Below, piece after piece: positions 39,001-52,525 of a stretch of DNA of 64,000 bases. The DNA is taken from positions 100,690,001 to 100,754,000 of the forward strand of contig NW_024704743.1 in assembly GCF_018977255.1 (NCBI RefSeq), written 5' to 3'. The DNA is from Callorhinchus milii (lineage: Eukaryota). Position 1 is the first letter of the stretch. Every line of letters starts with the position of its first letter. The notes below the pieces were generated by a model. That model worked only from the letters and a program-made list of their open reading frames with translations, did no database searches and was not told where the DNA came from. Both the position numbers and the translations under genes were made by a program.

Positions 39001-40470
39001 GGTCGAGGGAAGGTTTCTACAAGGTAAAGATGGAGACAGACACTGGCTGTAGTCGCAGTTGAAGAGGCAGGCTTTTAAGCGGGGTTTAAAATCAGAGAGT
39101 AAGTGAGACAGAGGGAGGAACATACATGTACATTCTACGTATGCACAAATCAGGCAGACATGTGACAGAAAATTTCTGGGCTCTGTCTTGTCAACAAAAC
39201 ACAAAACATTCAATATTATTGTACAGAATATAATTTTCCAACTGGGTGTGTAAAAAAAACAGTGGCACAATTTCTGCTGGAGCTTTTAAATTTTAATTAC
39301 AAAAGGACTCTTTCTGACAAAGGTAAATTTTCTTTGAGAAAATCAAGTTAATCTTAATGCAGCACTGATCAAAAATTGTAGAAGCGAGAATAAAATGTTC
39401 AAATAACTTATAAATGTTACAAATATTGTAATGAACACTCATGTCAAAAACATTTACAGCTAATTTGATCTTAAGTGTGTTGTTTGCACCACTATCAACC
39501 AAGGCTTGATTCGGGGCACTGCTGAAGGCTCAGGAAATGAGAGGACCAACGACATATTTTAAACATGGTGTGAAATCTCCCAAGGACAGTTTCTCGGATC
39601 TACGCACTTAATTACAGGAAGAAACTGCTACTAAATTTTAAACTGGGCAAGATAACTATTAATCTGAATGCTAAGAATAAAATTTAGGAATCATTAATTC
39701 TTTTGATTCAAAATATTTACAAGTAGGCATTTTCTTCTACAATTTTCCACTAAAACGTTTTTGATATCTGCTTCATGGAAAATGTTCTTTTAAGTACAGG
39801 CATAAGTGTTAAGAGCATCATAATCTGCTAAAATACTGTGCTCCCTTGTTGAGCTGCTGTTATTGGGGCCCAGATTCCATTCTGAATCCAACATTAAGTT
39901 GCATTATACAGACAAACCAAGGCGCTGAAACACTCCAAAATCCCAAGGCATTGAATCCCAAATCATGCTGCTGTTAACTTTGGTTAATTCTCCAAATCCA
40001 CAACTCTGGCTACCACTTAGACGAGGGAGGCAATGGTGGGAATCGATCAGTAAACTGATTATCATTTAACACAAATATTTTGCAATGCATGCAAAATGTT
40101 GATGCTACTCTTTCACTTTATCAACTCCAGATTCACCAGATTTGATACGTGATACAAAAGAGCACGTGTATACAGTACAATCTATACTTGCTACATTATA
40201 AAGTAAGATCAATGTAGGTTGTACAAAAAATTATCTGAACTTCCCTTATTATAAGAAGCCTAGATAACAGCAATAGTAGTGAGTGGTATAAAACATGACA
40301 CATTTCAAGCTGTTCTAAAACCATGGAATGCTTACAAATCTGGTATAAAACTGTTCCAAATAAATTGGCTAGATTTCCAAGAATAACAGATCATTCCAAA
40401 ATATGGGAATCAAAAACACTCGCAAATGATTAGATCCTCTTAGAAAAGGGTTTTAAACCCTGGGTGGCTC

Positions 40471-40657
40471 CTCCTCGCTCCCTCCCTTCCCTCCCCTCAC
40501 CCTGACCATTTCCCCCCTCCTCGCTCCCTCCCTTCCCTCCCCTCACCCTGACCATTTCCCCCCTGCTCGGGTCATGACCCAACTGTGCAGCGCCTTGGGA
40601 CGTCCTCCTGACGTGAAAGGCGCTTTATAAATGGAATCTTGTTGTTGTTGTTGTTGT
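40471..40657 (+). repeat. L2 3' tail with a 46-bp tandem duplication, just downstream of the ZBTB14 stop
   Basis: 40471-40516 is repeated at 40517-40562, followed by the L2 tail and (ttg)n. Confidence 0.8.
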
Positions 40658-41030
40658 AAGCAGGTCACCATTCAACATAGGCCTGCACTAACAGACAAGA
40701 ATATTTACAAAAACATTTCAGGAAAACTAAGACACAGAGTATGTTACACATACAGTATTGCACCATAATAGAGATTGACATTTATGACCAATTAAAATTC
40801 GGAATGACATAATTTATGTTGTTATCCCAAGTGCACAGCATTAATTATATTAATTCATTATAAACCCTCAGACAGCGCAACAAAATTTATGGATAGGGAT
40901 GAAAAAAAAATGTTTTATGTACAAATGGTGAAAAGGAGCACAGACCTTGAAACGGGAAGAAAAATATGCAAGGGCCCACATTCACTAAAACATAAAAAGA
41001 AGACAAGGAGATTTAGCATCACATCTAGTC

Positions 41031-42353
41031 TCAGCTACACGCTATGCTCTCCAAATTTTGCTCTGTTTCTGCTGCCATTGCTGCTGCCTGCAACTGCTCG
41101 GTCTCACTAGTGATGACATTTGTCGGCACTTGTTTGCGATCACTGTGCATGTTATTTTCGTGCCTCTTTAGATCCGAGGCTTTGGCAAAGGCTTTAGTAC
41201 AGGAGCTACAAACAAAGGGCTTCTCCCCTCTGTGTCTCCGCTCGTGATCCTTCAGGTGCGACTTGTGCTTGAACGCTTTGTCGCACATGTGGCACGCAAA
41301 AGGTCTTTCATTGCTGTGGACCCTCTCGTGCTTTTTCAGGTCGGGGGCTCGGATGAAAGATTTTCCGCAGACTTCACATCCGTAAGGTTTGAACCCCGTG
41401 TGGATTTTGAGGTGTTCCTTTAGGTGAGCTTGAGTGGTGAAGGCCTTGGAGCAGATGTCACACACGAAGGGTCGATCGGCCGAGTGCAGCTTCTCGTGTT
41501 TCCTCAGGCGCATTTCATCAGTGAACGTCTTGCCACAGTTCTGGCAGCTGAATTGTTCCCTGTCGCCGTACAGCAAATACTCAAACTTAACATCGGTGCT
41601 GGCAGTCCAGCCTGGCGGCTGTTCTTCCTTGACTCCACTCATGCTGTCGGTGAAAGCCAGGGAGGGAGGGGGCTGGGGAGTCACGTCCTTTGGTTCAGTG
41701 GTCTCCATGGCTTCCACCTCTGTACCAAAGCAATTGACTTTACGAACTTCTTCGCTCCCAAGTTCCTTCAAAATTGCCTCCTGAACCCGCAAGCCATTTG
41801 CTTGCGACTTCCCATCATCCGGGTTAGGCACAGCCTCCTCCACAGCGTCGTCTGGCTGTTCGTCCAGTTGATCAGTAATCTCATCTATTTCCTCATCAGC
41901 ACTATTCGTCGGCCGATGAATTTTAGCAGTAATACTGTAGGGGTATCGGACTTTGCGACGGGCTGCGTTCTGCTGAGGGGATAAGTCACGTTTCTGAGTG
42001 CACAGTTTATCCAAGAACTGTATTCCAAGGATCTGCCCCGAAGACATCATCAGGTTCACATCTTCTCTCTTCACAGAGATTTGGGAAGTGTACATGTAAT
42101 TCAGCACTTCTTCAAATATATCCGAGCGCAAAAAGTCGATCTCGATCACTGAAGAGCTGTCCACTTCTAATTTTTTAAACAGCTTTTTGAAGTAGGTGCT
42201 GCAAGCAGCCAAGATGCACCTGTGAGCTCGGAACCTAACATCTTCCACCACAATAGCTATGTCGCAGAACTCCCCCTCCAGACGCTGTTCGTTCAAGGTC
42301 TTCAGAAAAGCGTTTTTGTGCTCCTCGTCATTGTACTTCACCACCTCACTCAT
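41031..42353 (-). CDS. ZBTB14: Zinc finger and BTB domain protein 14 (ZF5/ZFP161), 440 aa
   Basis: Intact ORF. N-terminal BTB domain (FLKTLNEQRLEGEFCDIAIVVEDVRFRAHRCILAACSTYF), five C2H2 fingers, and C-terminus SETEQLQAAAMAAE..QNLESIACS, all characteristic of ZBTB14. Acceptor tcttgtccccag lies 16 nt upstream of the ATG. Confidence 0.97.
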   Translation of the reverse strand: MSEVVKYNDEEHKNAFLKTLNEQRLEGEFCDIAIVVEDVRFRAHRCILAACSTYFKKLFKKLEVDSSSVIEIDFLRSDIFEEVLNYMYTSQISVKREDVNLMMSSGQILGIQFLDKLCTQKRDLSPQQNAARRKVRYPYSITAKIHRPTNSADEEIDEITDQLDEQPDDAVEEAVPNPDDGKSQANGLRVQEAILKELGSEEVRKVNCFGTEVEAMETTEPKDVTPQPPPSLAFTDSMSGVKEEQPPGWTASTDVKFEYLLYGDREQFSCQNCGKTFTDEMRLRKHEKLHSADRPFVCDICSKAFTTQAHLKEHLKIHTGFKPYGCEVCGKSFIRAPDLKKHERVHSNERPFACHMCDKAFKHKSHLKDHERRHRGEKPFVCSSCTKAFAKASDLKRHENNMHSDRKQVPTNVITSETEQLQAAAMAAETEQNLESIACS

Positions 42354-42844
42354 CGTGTTCTGTCAGCAACTGGGGACAAGACAAGACATTTTAAAATCAT
42401 AGTAATAATCCTTATATTTGGTATAGCGCCTTTCACATCAGGAGAACTTCCCAGGAATATATTGTAAAGAGGAGTGACTGTATGTTTTGTGCGCTTAGAA
42501 AGAGAACGGAGCAATGTCAGTTTAGGCAAACAGCCGACATTTGGAATGAGACACCAGAACAGTGTAATCGTCAAACGGAGCCACGCTGCAATAATCATGC
42601 AGAGGGCTCAACAAGGAAAGAAACTTTTAATGACAGTTATGGTGCTCACTTTCTTAAATTGAGGCAAACGTTTCACCCTAAAAGATCCAATGTGGTTTTT
42701 GGTCAGCCAGGTGTGCAATACGTGTAGAAATTTGGCAAACCAGACTGAGAGTTTCACATACGTACGCCACCTACACGTGGATATTTCCGTGTCTCTGGAA
42801 TAGAATGCTCTCTCTCTCTCTCTCTCAGGATGAAGCCTACTTAC

Positions 42845-42910
42845 CTAATTCCAAAGAGTCTTAGGCAAAAGCTAAGGTATTGGGAACCCAGAGTGTACTT
42901 TGGGCTACCT
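42845..42910 (-). other. Candidate ZBTB14 5' UTR exon
   Basis: Perfect donor AG|GTAAGT at 42845/42844 and a possible acceptor ctccag at 42911-42912. Confidence 0.35.
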
Positions 42911-43564
42911 CTGGAGCTTAATAATAATCATCATAATAATCCTTGCATCTTTATGTCAGGCGGACTCTCAAGAACTTCACAGGATATACTGTAAAGTGTA
43001 GTGTGTGTGTTTTGTGGGTGAATGATGCAGCCAATTTGTGCACAGCCAACAGCAGCAAAAATTATATTTATAGAGCGCCTTTCACATTGGGAGGACGTCC
43101 CAAAGCGCTGAACATGATATTAAAGACTTATTTTATTTGGCGTAGAGCAAATACAAAACAATGACGGGACCCTCAGAGACGCTGGTGCATCCAACTCTAG
43201 ATGTCCATTGGCCAGGACATCTGGAGAAACTCCCTTCCCTTTTTGAATAACCAGATTAGAATAGGAAACGGGCACAAATAATAAAAGAAGATCCCACATT
43301 ATGCCATCCAGCTTCAGTCTGGGTTCCACATTCCTGTACTCTAGACTAAAGCATTCTGCAGCAAATACTTCTCCCAGAATTGTTTTAGGTGTGAGTTACC
43401 TATCTCACTTGCTACATTTCTACATCGATCTCTTTACACGTCGACAATAAACTACAAATGGAGCACAATGCTTTTGCTTATTATACCTGGATTACATCCA
43501 ATATATAACATTTCAATATTGAAATGGAACTTAGCAAATACACAGTGAACAACAAATTCTTCGA

Positions 43565-43661
43565 GGAGTCCTGTAGCTCAGTGGTTAGAGCACTCGCTTT
43601 GCAAGTGAGAGACCTGAGTTCAATTCCAGGCAGAGGGTGAAACCTTGGGCAAGTTTCCTTA
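43565..43661 (+). mobile_element. SINE 5' head truncated at the duplication breakpoint
   Basis: Family sequence stops at aagtttcctta, and the duplicated block starts at the next base. Confidence 0.85.
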
Positions 43662-44324
43662 GATGGGATACAATATTTCAGACTCTTCACATCTTCACCT
43701 CCTTGAACAGATATGGAAACAATAAATGTATCAAAAGCTGCACATAGTTGACAGGGAGCCTGAGAGAGGGGAAATCTAGTGATATACAAGCTATCTGTTC
43801 TTTTGCAGCTTCATAAGTAGAGATCATTAAATAACAAAACTTACATTGTATAGTGCCTTCCCCGTCAAGAGGACATCCCAAGGCGCTGGACAATCAGTGT
43901 TTCAGACTGAAACAATAGTTTATGGCAGCTGCTCATGACATTTTATCATAATATATCATTAATCTAATATGTATTTAATTTGTACTGTAAATCCTGGTGT
44001 CTGGCTGTCTCGTTCACCCACAAATAATTACTCCACTTCACAATAAATCATATGAAGTGCTTTGGGGCATCATCCTGACGTGAAAAGCATGTATCAAATG
44101 CAAGAAATATTATTTTTATTATTATTAAATCACACTATTGTGGATTTCCAATAAATCTTCATTTTGGTGTATTAACTAACAATCATTTTTAAGTTGATGA
44201 ATCATATTCATCCTGCTGAATGTTTACACTCTTTAGATATCACGTCCAATTGCTGAAAGAATGTGCAGGGGTTTCATTTTATGGGCCACTAGCACCAGTA
44301 TTGGGGGAAGAGGGAGCTATTCAA

Positions 44325-44521
44325 AACTAAAAACAATAATAAATTGGTCATTTTCAATCTACGACTGTTTGTGGGACATTGCTGTGCGCAATTGGCTGCC
44401 GCGTTTGCCCACAAATATACAGTCAATTCACTTTACAGTGTATTCTGTGAAGCGCTTTGGGACGTCCTCCCGACGTGAAAAGCGCTATATCAAATGCAAG
44501 GATTATTTTATTATTATTATT
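44325..44521 (+). mobile_element. SINE 3' half abutting the CR1 5' end (duplicate at 59166-59362)
   Basis: Family core and (tat)n tail. Confidence 0.85.
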
Positions 44522-44522
44522 C

Positions 44523-47500
44523 CATAGAGATGGGCTCCACCTAAACCGGACTGGGACCAATGTCCTGGCAAAACGAATAAATAGGGAGGAAGGCAGAGCT
44601 TTGAACAACTAAGGGGTGGGGGGGGGGGGGGGGAAGCTACGGCTACAGTTAGTAGCAAACCAGCTGAAACTAAGAAAAATGAAAGTGGTAGAGGAGATTA
44701 GCGAGGGAGATAAACAGTGTGTCTGTGAGGGACAAGAAGCTCAGAAAAGAAAATAGGGCATTAGCGAGTAGGGGAAATAGCAAGAAGTCAAAATTAAAGG
44801 CGCTATATCTGAATGCACGAAGCTTTCATAATAAGATAGATAAATTAATGGCACAAATAGAAACAAATGGGTATGATCTAATAGCCATTACTGAGACATA
44901 GTTACAGGGGGATCATGGGTGGGAGCTAAATATTCCAGGATATTCAGCATATAGAAAACATAGACAACATGGAAAACTAGGCTAATAAAGGATGGGATAA
45001 AAACAGTAGAGAGGAAGGATTTTAAATCAGAAAATCAGGATGTAGAGGCAGTATGGGTGGAATTACGAAATAACAAGGGGCAGAAAACACTAGTGGGAGT
45101 AGTTTATAGACCCCCGAACAGCAGTCATAGTATTGCACAGTATTAACCAGGAAATCAGAGAAGCATGTAGCAAAGGAAATACACTAATAGTGGATGATTT
45201 TAATCTTCATATAGATTGGGAAAACCAAATTGGCAAAATTGTATAGAATACATTAGAGACAGTTTCTAGATCAGTATGCTGAGGAACCAACCAGGGAACA
45301 GGCGATCCTATATCCTGTTTTATGTAATGAAATAGGGCTAATCAGCAATCTGGAAGTTAAGGCTCCTCTAGGGCAGAGTGACCATAACATGATGGAATTT
45401 AGCATTACGTTAGAGAGTGATGTAGTTAAGTCCAAAGCAAGAGTCTTAAACTTAAATAGAGCCAACTTTGCAGGTATGAGAGAAGATTTAGCTAAAATAG
45501 ACTGGGGAATTAGATTAAAGGATATGACAGTAGACCAGCAATGGCAAACCTTTAAAGATATAGTACATAATTCCCAGCGATCACATATTCCCTTGAGGAA
45601 TAAAAATACCACGGGAAAAGTGGTTCAACCATGGCTAACTAGAACAGTTAGGGAAAGTATAAAATTAAAAGAAGAGACCTATAATACTGCCAAAAAGAGC
45701 AGTAATCCCAAGGATTGGGAGGGCTTCAGAGACCAACAAAGAAAGCCAACAACAAAATTACATTTATAGATCGTCTTTCACGTCGAGAGGACATCCCAAA
45801 GTGCTGAGACTAAGACTAAGAAACTGATTAGGAGGGAGAAAATGGATTATGAGGGCAAACTAGCTAGGAACATAAAAACAGACTGCAAGAGGAAGAGACT
45901 AACAAAAGTGAATGTGGGTCCAATACAGGCAGAGACAAGAGGAATTATAATGGGGGATAAAGATATGGCAGAGTCGTTAAACAGATACTTTGCTTCTGTC
46001 TTCACGTTAGAAGACACTGAAAACTTACCAAAAATAGAGGGGAACCAAGAAGCTAATGTTAGTGAGCAACTTAGAGAAATTAACATCAGTAAAGAATTAG
46101 TACAAGGGAAACTGTTGGGATTGAAAAATGACAAATCCCCTGGACCTGATGGCCTGCATCCTAGGGTTTTAAAAGAGGTGGCTGCTGAGATAGTGGAGAC
46201 CTTGTTTTTGATCTTCCAAAATTCTCTGGATTCTAGAACGGTTCCCATTGATTGTAAGATTACAAACGTAACATCACTATTTAAGAAGGGTGGGACTGAG
46301 AAGATGGTAACTATAGACCAGTTTGACATCGGTGGTAGGGAAAATTCCAGAATCCTTAATAGGGACGTTGTAGTGGGGGTACTTAGAGGACCGTAACATG
46401 ATTAGGCAGAGTCAACATGGCTTTACAAAAGGGAAGTCATGCTTAACAAATCTTTTACACACTGTAAAGTGAATATACAGTCAATTCACTTTACAGTGTG
46501 TTCTGTGAAGCGCTTTGGGACGTCCTCCCAACGTGAAAAGCGCTATATCAAATGCAAGGATTATTATTTACAGCTTTTTGAGGATGTAACTAGATAGGGG
46601 GGAACCAGTAGATGTAGTATATTTAGATTTTCAGAAGGCATTCGACAAGGTGTCACATAAAAGGCTGCTACACAAGATTAGGGCACATGGAATTAAAGGC
46701 AATATATTAGCATGGATCGAAGAGTGGCTAATGGGAAGAAAACAGAGAGTAGGGATAAACGGGTCCTTCTCAGATTGGCGGGATGTGACTAGTGGAGTGC
46801 CACAAGGATCATTGCTTGGGACTCAACTATTTACAATCTATATCAATGATCTAGATGAGGACATAGATCTTAAAATATCTAAATTCGTGGATGATACTAA
46901 GCTAGGTGGGAAGTAAGCTCCAAGGATGTCACAAAAAGATTGCAAAGGGATATAGATAGGCTAGGTGAGTGGGCAAGAAGATGGCAGATGGAATATAATG
47001 TGGGGAAGTGTGAAGTTATTCATCACCTAGGTAGTAAAAACAGAAAAGCAGATTATTTTCTAGAAGGGGAGAGACTAGATAGCGTTAGTGTTCAGAGGGA
47101 TTTGGGTGTCCTTGTACACCAGTCACAAAAAGTTAGTGTGCAGGTACAGCAAGCAACTAGGAAGACTAATGGCATGTTGGCGTTTATTGCAAAATTAGAA
47201 TATAAGAGTAGGAAAGTCTTACTGAAATTGTATAGGGCCTTGGTGAGACCACACCTAGAATATTGTGTGCAGTTTTGGTCTCCTTATTTAAGAAAGGACA
47301 TACTCACCTTAGAGGGGGTGCAGCGTAGATTCACAAGGTTAGTTCCTAGGATGAAGCGGTTGACCTATGCGGATATGTTGAGTAAACTAGGCCTATATTC
47401 TCTAGAATATAGAATTAGGGGTGATTTTACAGAAACATATAAGATTCTTATGGGGCTTGACAGAGTAGACAGTGCAAGACTATTTCCCTGGTTGGAGAAT

Positions 47501-47807
47501 CTAGAACTAGGGATCACAGTCTTAAGATTAAGGGACAGCCCTTTCGAACAGAGTTGAGGAAACACTTCTTCACTCAGAGGATAGTGAATTTATGGAATTC
47601 TCTACCCCAGAAGGCTATAGATGCTCAGTCCTTGAACATATTCAAGACTGAGATTGATAGATTTCTAAAGGATAGAGGGATTAAGGGATATGGGGATAAG
47701 GCGGGCAGATGGAGTTAGGTTAGATCAGCCATGATCTTATTGAATGGCGGGGGAAGGCTCGAGGGGCCAAATGGCCTACTTCTGCTCCTAATTCCTATGT
47801 TCCTATG
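44523..47807 (+). mobile_element. CR1 LINE with ORF1 esterase end and nearly full, inactivated ORF2
   Basis: RDGLHLNRTGTNVLA (SGNH esterase DxxH block of CR1 ORF1), LYLNARS..IAITET (APE endonuclease), RT motifs and CR1 tail. Carries a small L2 tail insertion at about 45746-45808 and a SINE fragment at 46457-46570. Confidence 0.95.
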
Positions 47808-49169
47808 CCTTGAATCTCACCAAGAGTTATAATTAGACAATAGAGGTGGTAAGCAGGACAGGATGTTCTCGTTCTTATTCTTAGACCAGTGATGTACTAT
47901 AAAAACAGTGACATTTGCTAAATATTAATTTGAAAAATATTTTGTTCCCAGTTATACTCTGAACATTTGAATGGGCTGTAAATACATTTGAGAGGCAAAT
48001 TCTTGTGTGACAGATGATATATTTCTGTACATTATCTTCTATACTAATAAAACAATGTCTGTCTGTGCTTCAAGAAGGATCTCAATAAGTGATTGACGTA
48101 GAGACACGATTTATAACTCATCTGAAAGATCTTGCAACTGGGAGTGACATGATCATATTTGTTTTCGGGTATCTCCTATCGTTCATGAGTTATTTTCAGT
48201 TTTGCATTTTGCGCTGTGGCATTGTGTGGACTACGTATGTTCACAGTTACATCTGGTGGCTGCGCCGACTGACTGTGGCGCTGTGCTATCCTGCGTCACA
48301 GAGTGCGTACGTAGCCAAGTAGTGGGAACAACATAAAGAACACAGATGAAGCTAAGTCGGGGCATCAACAACAAAATTGTATTTTTAAAGCACTGAGTCT
48401 CCCAAAAGGAGTCCTCCCAGATGAGTATAAAGATGAAATGTCTGTCTGTGCGTCAATCTACATTCCATATTGCATCCTTTGGTTGCAAGCGAAGCTGCAA
48501 TGGGTACAGATAATAATTCAATAACTCTTTTGAAGAAGTTTTATCAAACAGCTGGAAAAAGGAGGATTCATGTTCAAAAAGGCAGAACAGTTTCATACGC
48601 TAAAGGATATTGCTACTGAGTACGACTATGTACTAAGAATCATATTAATGAATGTCATGTTGCTCAATATAATAAAATGTTGTCCAATATAAATGAATGT
48701 GAGCATACCATGTATTTAGAACATTCTTTGAAGTGTAAATTTTTACATTTAGTACACTGAATGTTTAAATTATTAATAATCCTTGCCTTATCGCATCATT
48801 GAAACATCTCAAGGCAGTTCACAGAATTTTACAGTAAAGTGTAGTGACTTCAGTTTAACTTCTCATCTGAAGGTCGGCACCTCCAACAATTCAGCACTCC
48901 TCAGCACTGGAACGTCAGCCTAAACAATGAGTTCAAAGTCCTGATGTGGGGCTTGAACTCACCACCTTTAGACTCGGAGGTGCGATGCAGCCAACTGAGC
49001 TAGGCTAACAACTAAACTGTGGATGGACACATACAGAACAAAATCTGTATGCACTGCTCAAAGGGGTATACGTTATAATTGAAATGAGCGCTTTCATGGT
49101 AAATGCAAGTGTTGTTTCGGAGAGTTCATATCATTGATCGCTTATTAAACAGAATATGACATAGTCAAG

Positions 49170-51612
49170 TATTTATGCCTTTACCACTTTTATTTCACCA
49201 TGAAGAAACATACATTCAACATTTAATACATTGCAGCAGAACATCTGATGAAGACTGTACCCTACAATTAGCTGTACGAACTTTGTAAATCATAAACGCT
49301 TCATAATTTCAAAGCTTCCAATGGAGAGTTGCTGTTAGTTTATGTTCAGTTTAAGGCTTTGCTCTGAATCTGGAGTCTAAGCAGAGTATTTGGGAAGAAT
49401 CAATGCTGTCATTGTCAGTGATGAAAAATAGAGGTCGCAGGTAGTAAGTGGGGAGAATCCTTCTCGAGAAGTCACATTCACAAGCAACAGAAAATGAGCA
49501 AAATCGGCTCGGTTTGAAAAAAATATACTGACACCTCTTCTATGGGAAAGTCAACATCCACAAGTAATCGTGAGCTAGTCTACCTGGACTTCTGGTTCTA
49601 ACATAAAAGAATGTGCTCATCTAACAAAACCAGTCCTTCAAGTAAAATATATATATATATATATATTTTGTTTTAAAAAAAATGTTAGGTGACATCAAAT
49701 TATGCTGACAACACACAAAACGCAGCAAAACAATTCCTTCTAAAATGGTTAAGGTTATTCATGTTTTTCACAGGCATTGCCATTGAATATCAAGGTTTCC
49801 AGTTATAAGCTTCAAGTTGCTTTGTATTATAATAGATATGGGCTTATACTGTTATTGGCACATCTACTGTAAGTTATGACATATCCCTCATGTTACAATT
49901 ACGCTTTTTTTCTCACCAACCTTGGAGTGATAGTTACTCACTTCTAAACCAAAAACTATCAAAATGAACGACAACCAACTCATTCCTCTTTCTATCTTGC
50001 TCAGCTTTTTTTTAAATTACATACTGTCAAAGGCTGGATTATTCCCTCCAATTCTTTAAATAATTTTTTGTACCAGTGATCTTTTATTCTTTGCGTGCAG
50101 ATAAAACAATAACCTAAATGACGTGAAAGATTCTACTGTGGATTTGGAAAATGCGGGGGTTCATTTTTGTGATAAGTTTATTCTAGTCATGCAATATTCA
50201 TCTGCTGCTCATATGTATATTCTGGAATGGAAAGGCTTATGCCAATGTCCTTATTTAGTGAGGGCGAAATGTGGTCCTCGTATCAACGTGCTCCAGTATG
50301 ATGTGAAAGGTCATTAGTGGATGTATTCAGACAAACAAAGTCATGTGCATGACTCCATTTAGACTCCAAAATCATTCCTAATGATGTGTATGTGTTACTT
50401 CTTTTGTGAAGATGTGGTTAATCCTAGGAACAGAGAAGAAAAATCAAATGAGAAAACCATTAGTCATTCAGGTTAATGTGTCTCATTACCAGCGGTGCTG
50501 TGGACACAGTGTTAAAATGCATCTAGTGCACATTTTTGCATTGATTTTTTTCCATCCAATCAGCAGATAGACAAAATATAGCACTGACTTGTTGGATTTA
50601 CAACTTCAGTAGAACAGAATAAAGTACATTATAACAAACATGTGATCAAAAAGAGAAACAATAAATTGTACATTTCCTACACGCATCCATAGCAGCAAAA
50701 TGCAGTGTTTCCAATGGCAGCATTGTCAGGCAGCCAGAAAAAAAATCAAAGCCAAAAAAGCAAGAAGTTGCAATTTATCTTTAAAATGGAGCTGAACATT
50801 AGATTATTTCTGTGCAATGATGGTATCTTCCATTATTATTTATAACGCAATCCAATATATTGCATTGCTCATTTAATGAATTTGGAGGTGAATGGTTTGG
50901 GATGTTTTGGACACTTAAAACTTTCTTTTTGTGATTATTAAAAAACGAACAACAGGCTATTCCAGGCAAGTCATTTTCTGCACAGTGCAGCCAATTCATT
51001 GTGTGCTAACCTGATATCAGAGACAATACTGATGCACAGAACAATCCTTCACTAAAGTTAAAAATTGATAGCTAGATTTTTTTTGAATTGGATATAAAAA
51101 TATTGTTGGAATCCTCATGAGGATCGACACATAGAACAAGTGACCTTGAATCTATTTTGAATTTAGGTGAATCAGACATGTGGGTTTTCAGAGCAGCATT
51201 AAGTATTGTGTAAAAGAACTTAAGTGAAAAGTGTATACAATTACCATACCTCAAATAGAATACATCAATGAGAGCTAACCACTGATTTCTCGGTGTGTTT
51301 CCCAAGTACAAATGTAACCAAAGAACATGGGAGTAACACTGAGAAACTAATATCTCTCCAGTAAGGTTTACTTGTGTTCCCAGACAAAAAAAGAAAAGGT
51401 TTCAACAAACATGAAATGATTTAGCACATGCAGAAGCACAACAGGAGAAGACAAGACATGGATGAAATTATGGAGGATATGGGAAATAGTCTTTCTTCAA
51501 ACAACCAGAAGCAGGCACACCGTCACTCTCTAACCCATAGTCATCTCTTGCATAAATATAAAGTGGAGTATGTCAATCCATACCTGCATCAAGTAATATG
51601 CTTATCATACAC
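49170..51612 (-). other. Probable EPB41L3 terminal 3' UTR exon
   Basis: Largely repeat-free, AT-rich 2.4 kb downstream of the stop-codon exon. Candidate acceptor ctttcctgtag at 51613-51614 and AATAAA at 49189-49194. Boundaries are uncertain. Confidence 0.35.
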
Positions 51613-52414
51613 CTACAGGAAAGTTATTTTAATTGTAGAAAATTCCACCATTCCAGATCACTTTCTCTCCTGAACCCTTCAAAATACACAGGTCTATGAA
51701 GCGCTCTGAGCCATCCCCCCGACGTGAAAGTCTTTATAGCAAATGTAAGGATTATTATTATTATCCTCCTCAAGTCCACAAAATGGGACAGTATTAGCTA
51801 CAAATGATTCCATAACCACTGTCGTAGCTTTGTTTCTGTAATCTTCACCATAACACGCCAAAATACAAGCAAGTTAAAAAAAAAAATTTTTAAAAATTGT
51901 TTTCTCTGCACTTGCTGTGTTCCTTTCTTTTAAAAATGTTAACTTTAACTATCTTCTACTTTTATTTACCTAATCTATTCTTCACCGCTCCCCCTACCCA
52001 TCCTTCTACCCGTAAAACTACCCTGTTACCTCTTTCTTTATTCCAGCTCCAACGTTCCATTTTGAAAGGTGGGAGCAATGTTTTAAAAATTCGTCATTGG
52101 CTGAAAACCACCTTGAAGGATCAATTCTGGTCAAAGATTGAAGATTGACAGGATGGTAAATCACTAGCCAAACGTTGTGTCCTGACATGGTGCCCTCAGG
52201 CTCAATGTTCACATAATATTAAATTAGCTAGTCTAATACTTTGAGGAAACCTTACTTCCCAAGCACCTGATGTGTTAGTAGTAGAGCATCTAAAAGCACG
52301 TTCCTTATGGGTTATAGAGGTAAAGCTGCAAATAAAACCACATGTGTGGAGAACGCTACTTTGCTGCATACCAATTTGTAAATGCCAGGCTGATGCTTTT
52401 GTTCTTACCTGCGA

Positions 52415-52525
52415 TCAATCATCCCCGTCCTCTGGCGTGATCTCTGTCTCTTTGTGTACCACTACTTTGGTCACAGACATATCAGGGTGCTGCTCTTTGG
52501 CCTCTTTAATTGCCTGAGCCAGGGC
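52415..52525 (-). CDS. EPB41L3: Protein 4.1B C-terminal domain, last coding exon
   Basis: ag|[36 protein letters not shown], then 6 nt and donor cag|gtaaga at 52409/52408. The ending resembles EPB41L3 and the position next to ZBTB14 is syntenic. Confidence 0.93.
   Translation of the reverse strand, partial: ALAQAIKEAKEQHPDMSVTKVVVHKETEITPEDGDD

Larger units (their letters stand above)
43662..49248. repeat. Segmental repeat, copy 1
   Basis: Nearly identical to 58503-64000 across both unique and repeat sequence. Confidence 0.97.

Noticed and set aside
41424..41984. Plus-strand ORFs overlapping ZBTB14
   Set aside because: Antisense shadows of a real coding exon.
44613..44633. Long G run (also at about 59454-59476) as a G-quadruplex element
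   Set aside because: It lies in the CR1 inter-ORF region and differs in length between duplicates, consistent with an unstable or mis-called homopolymer.
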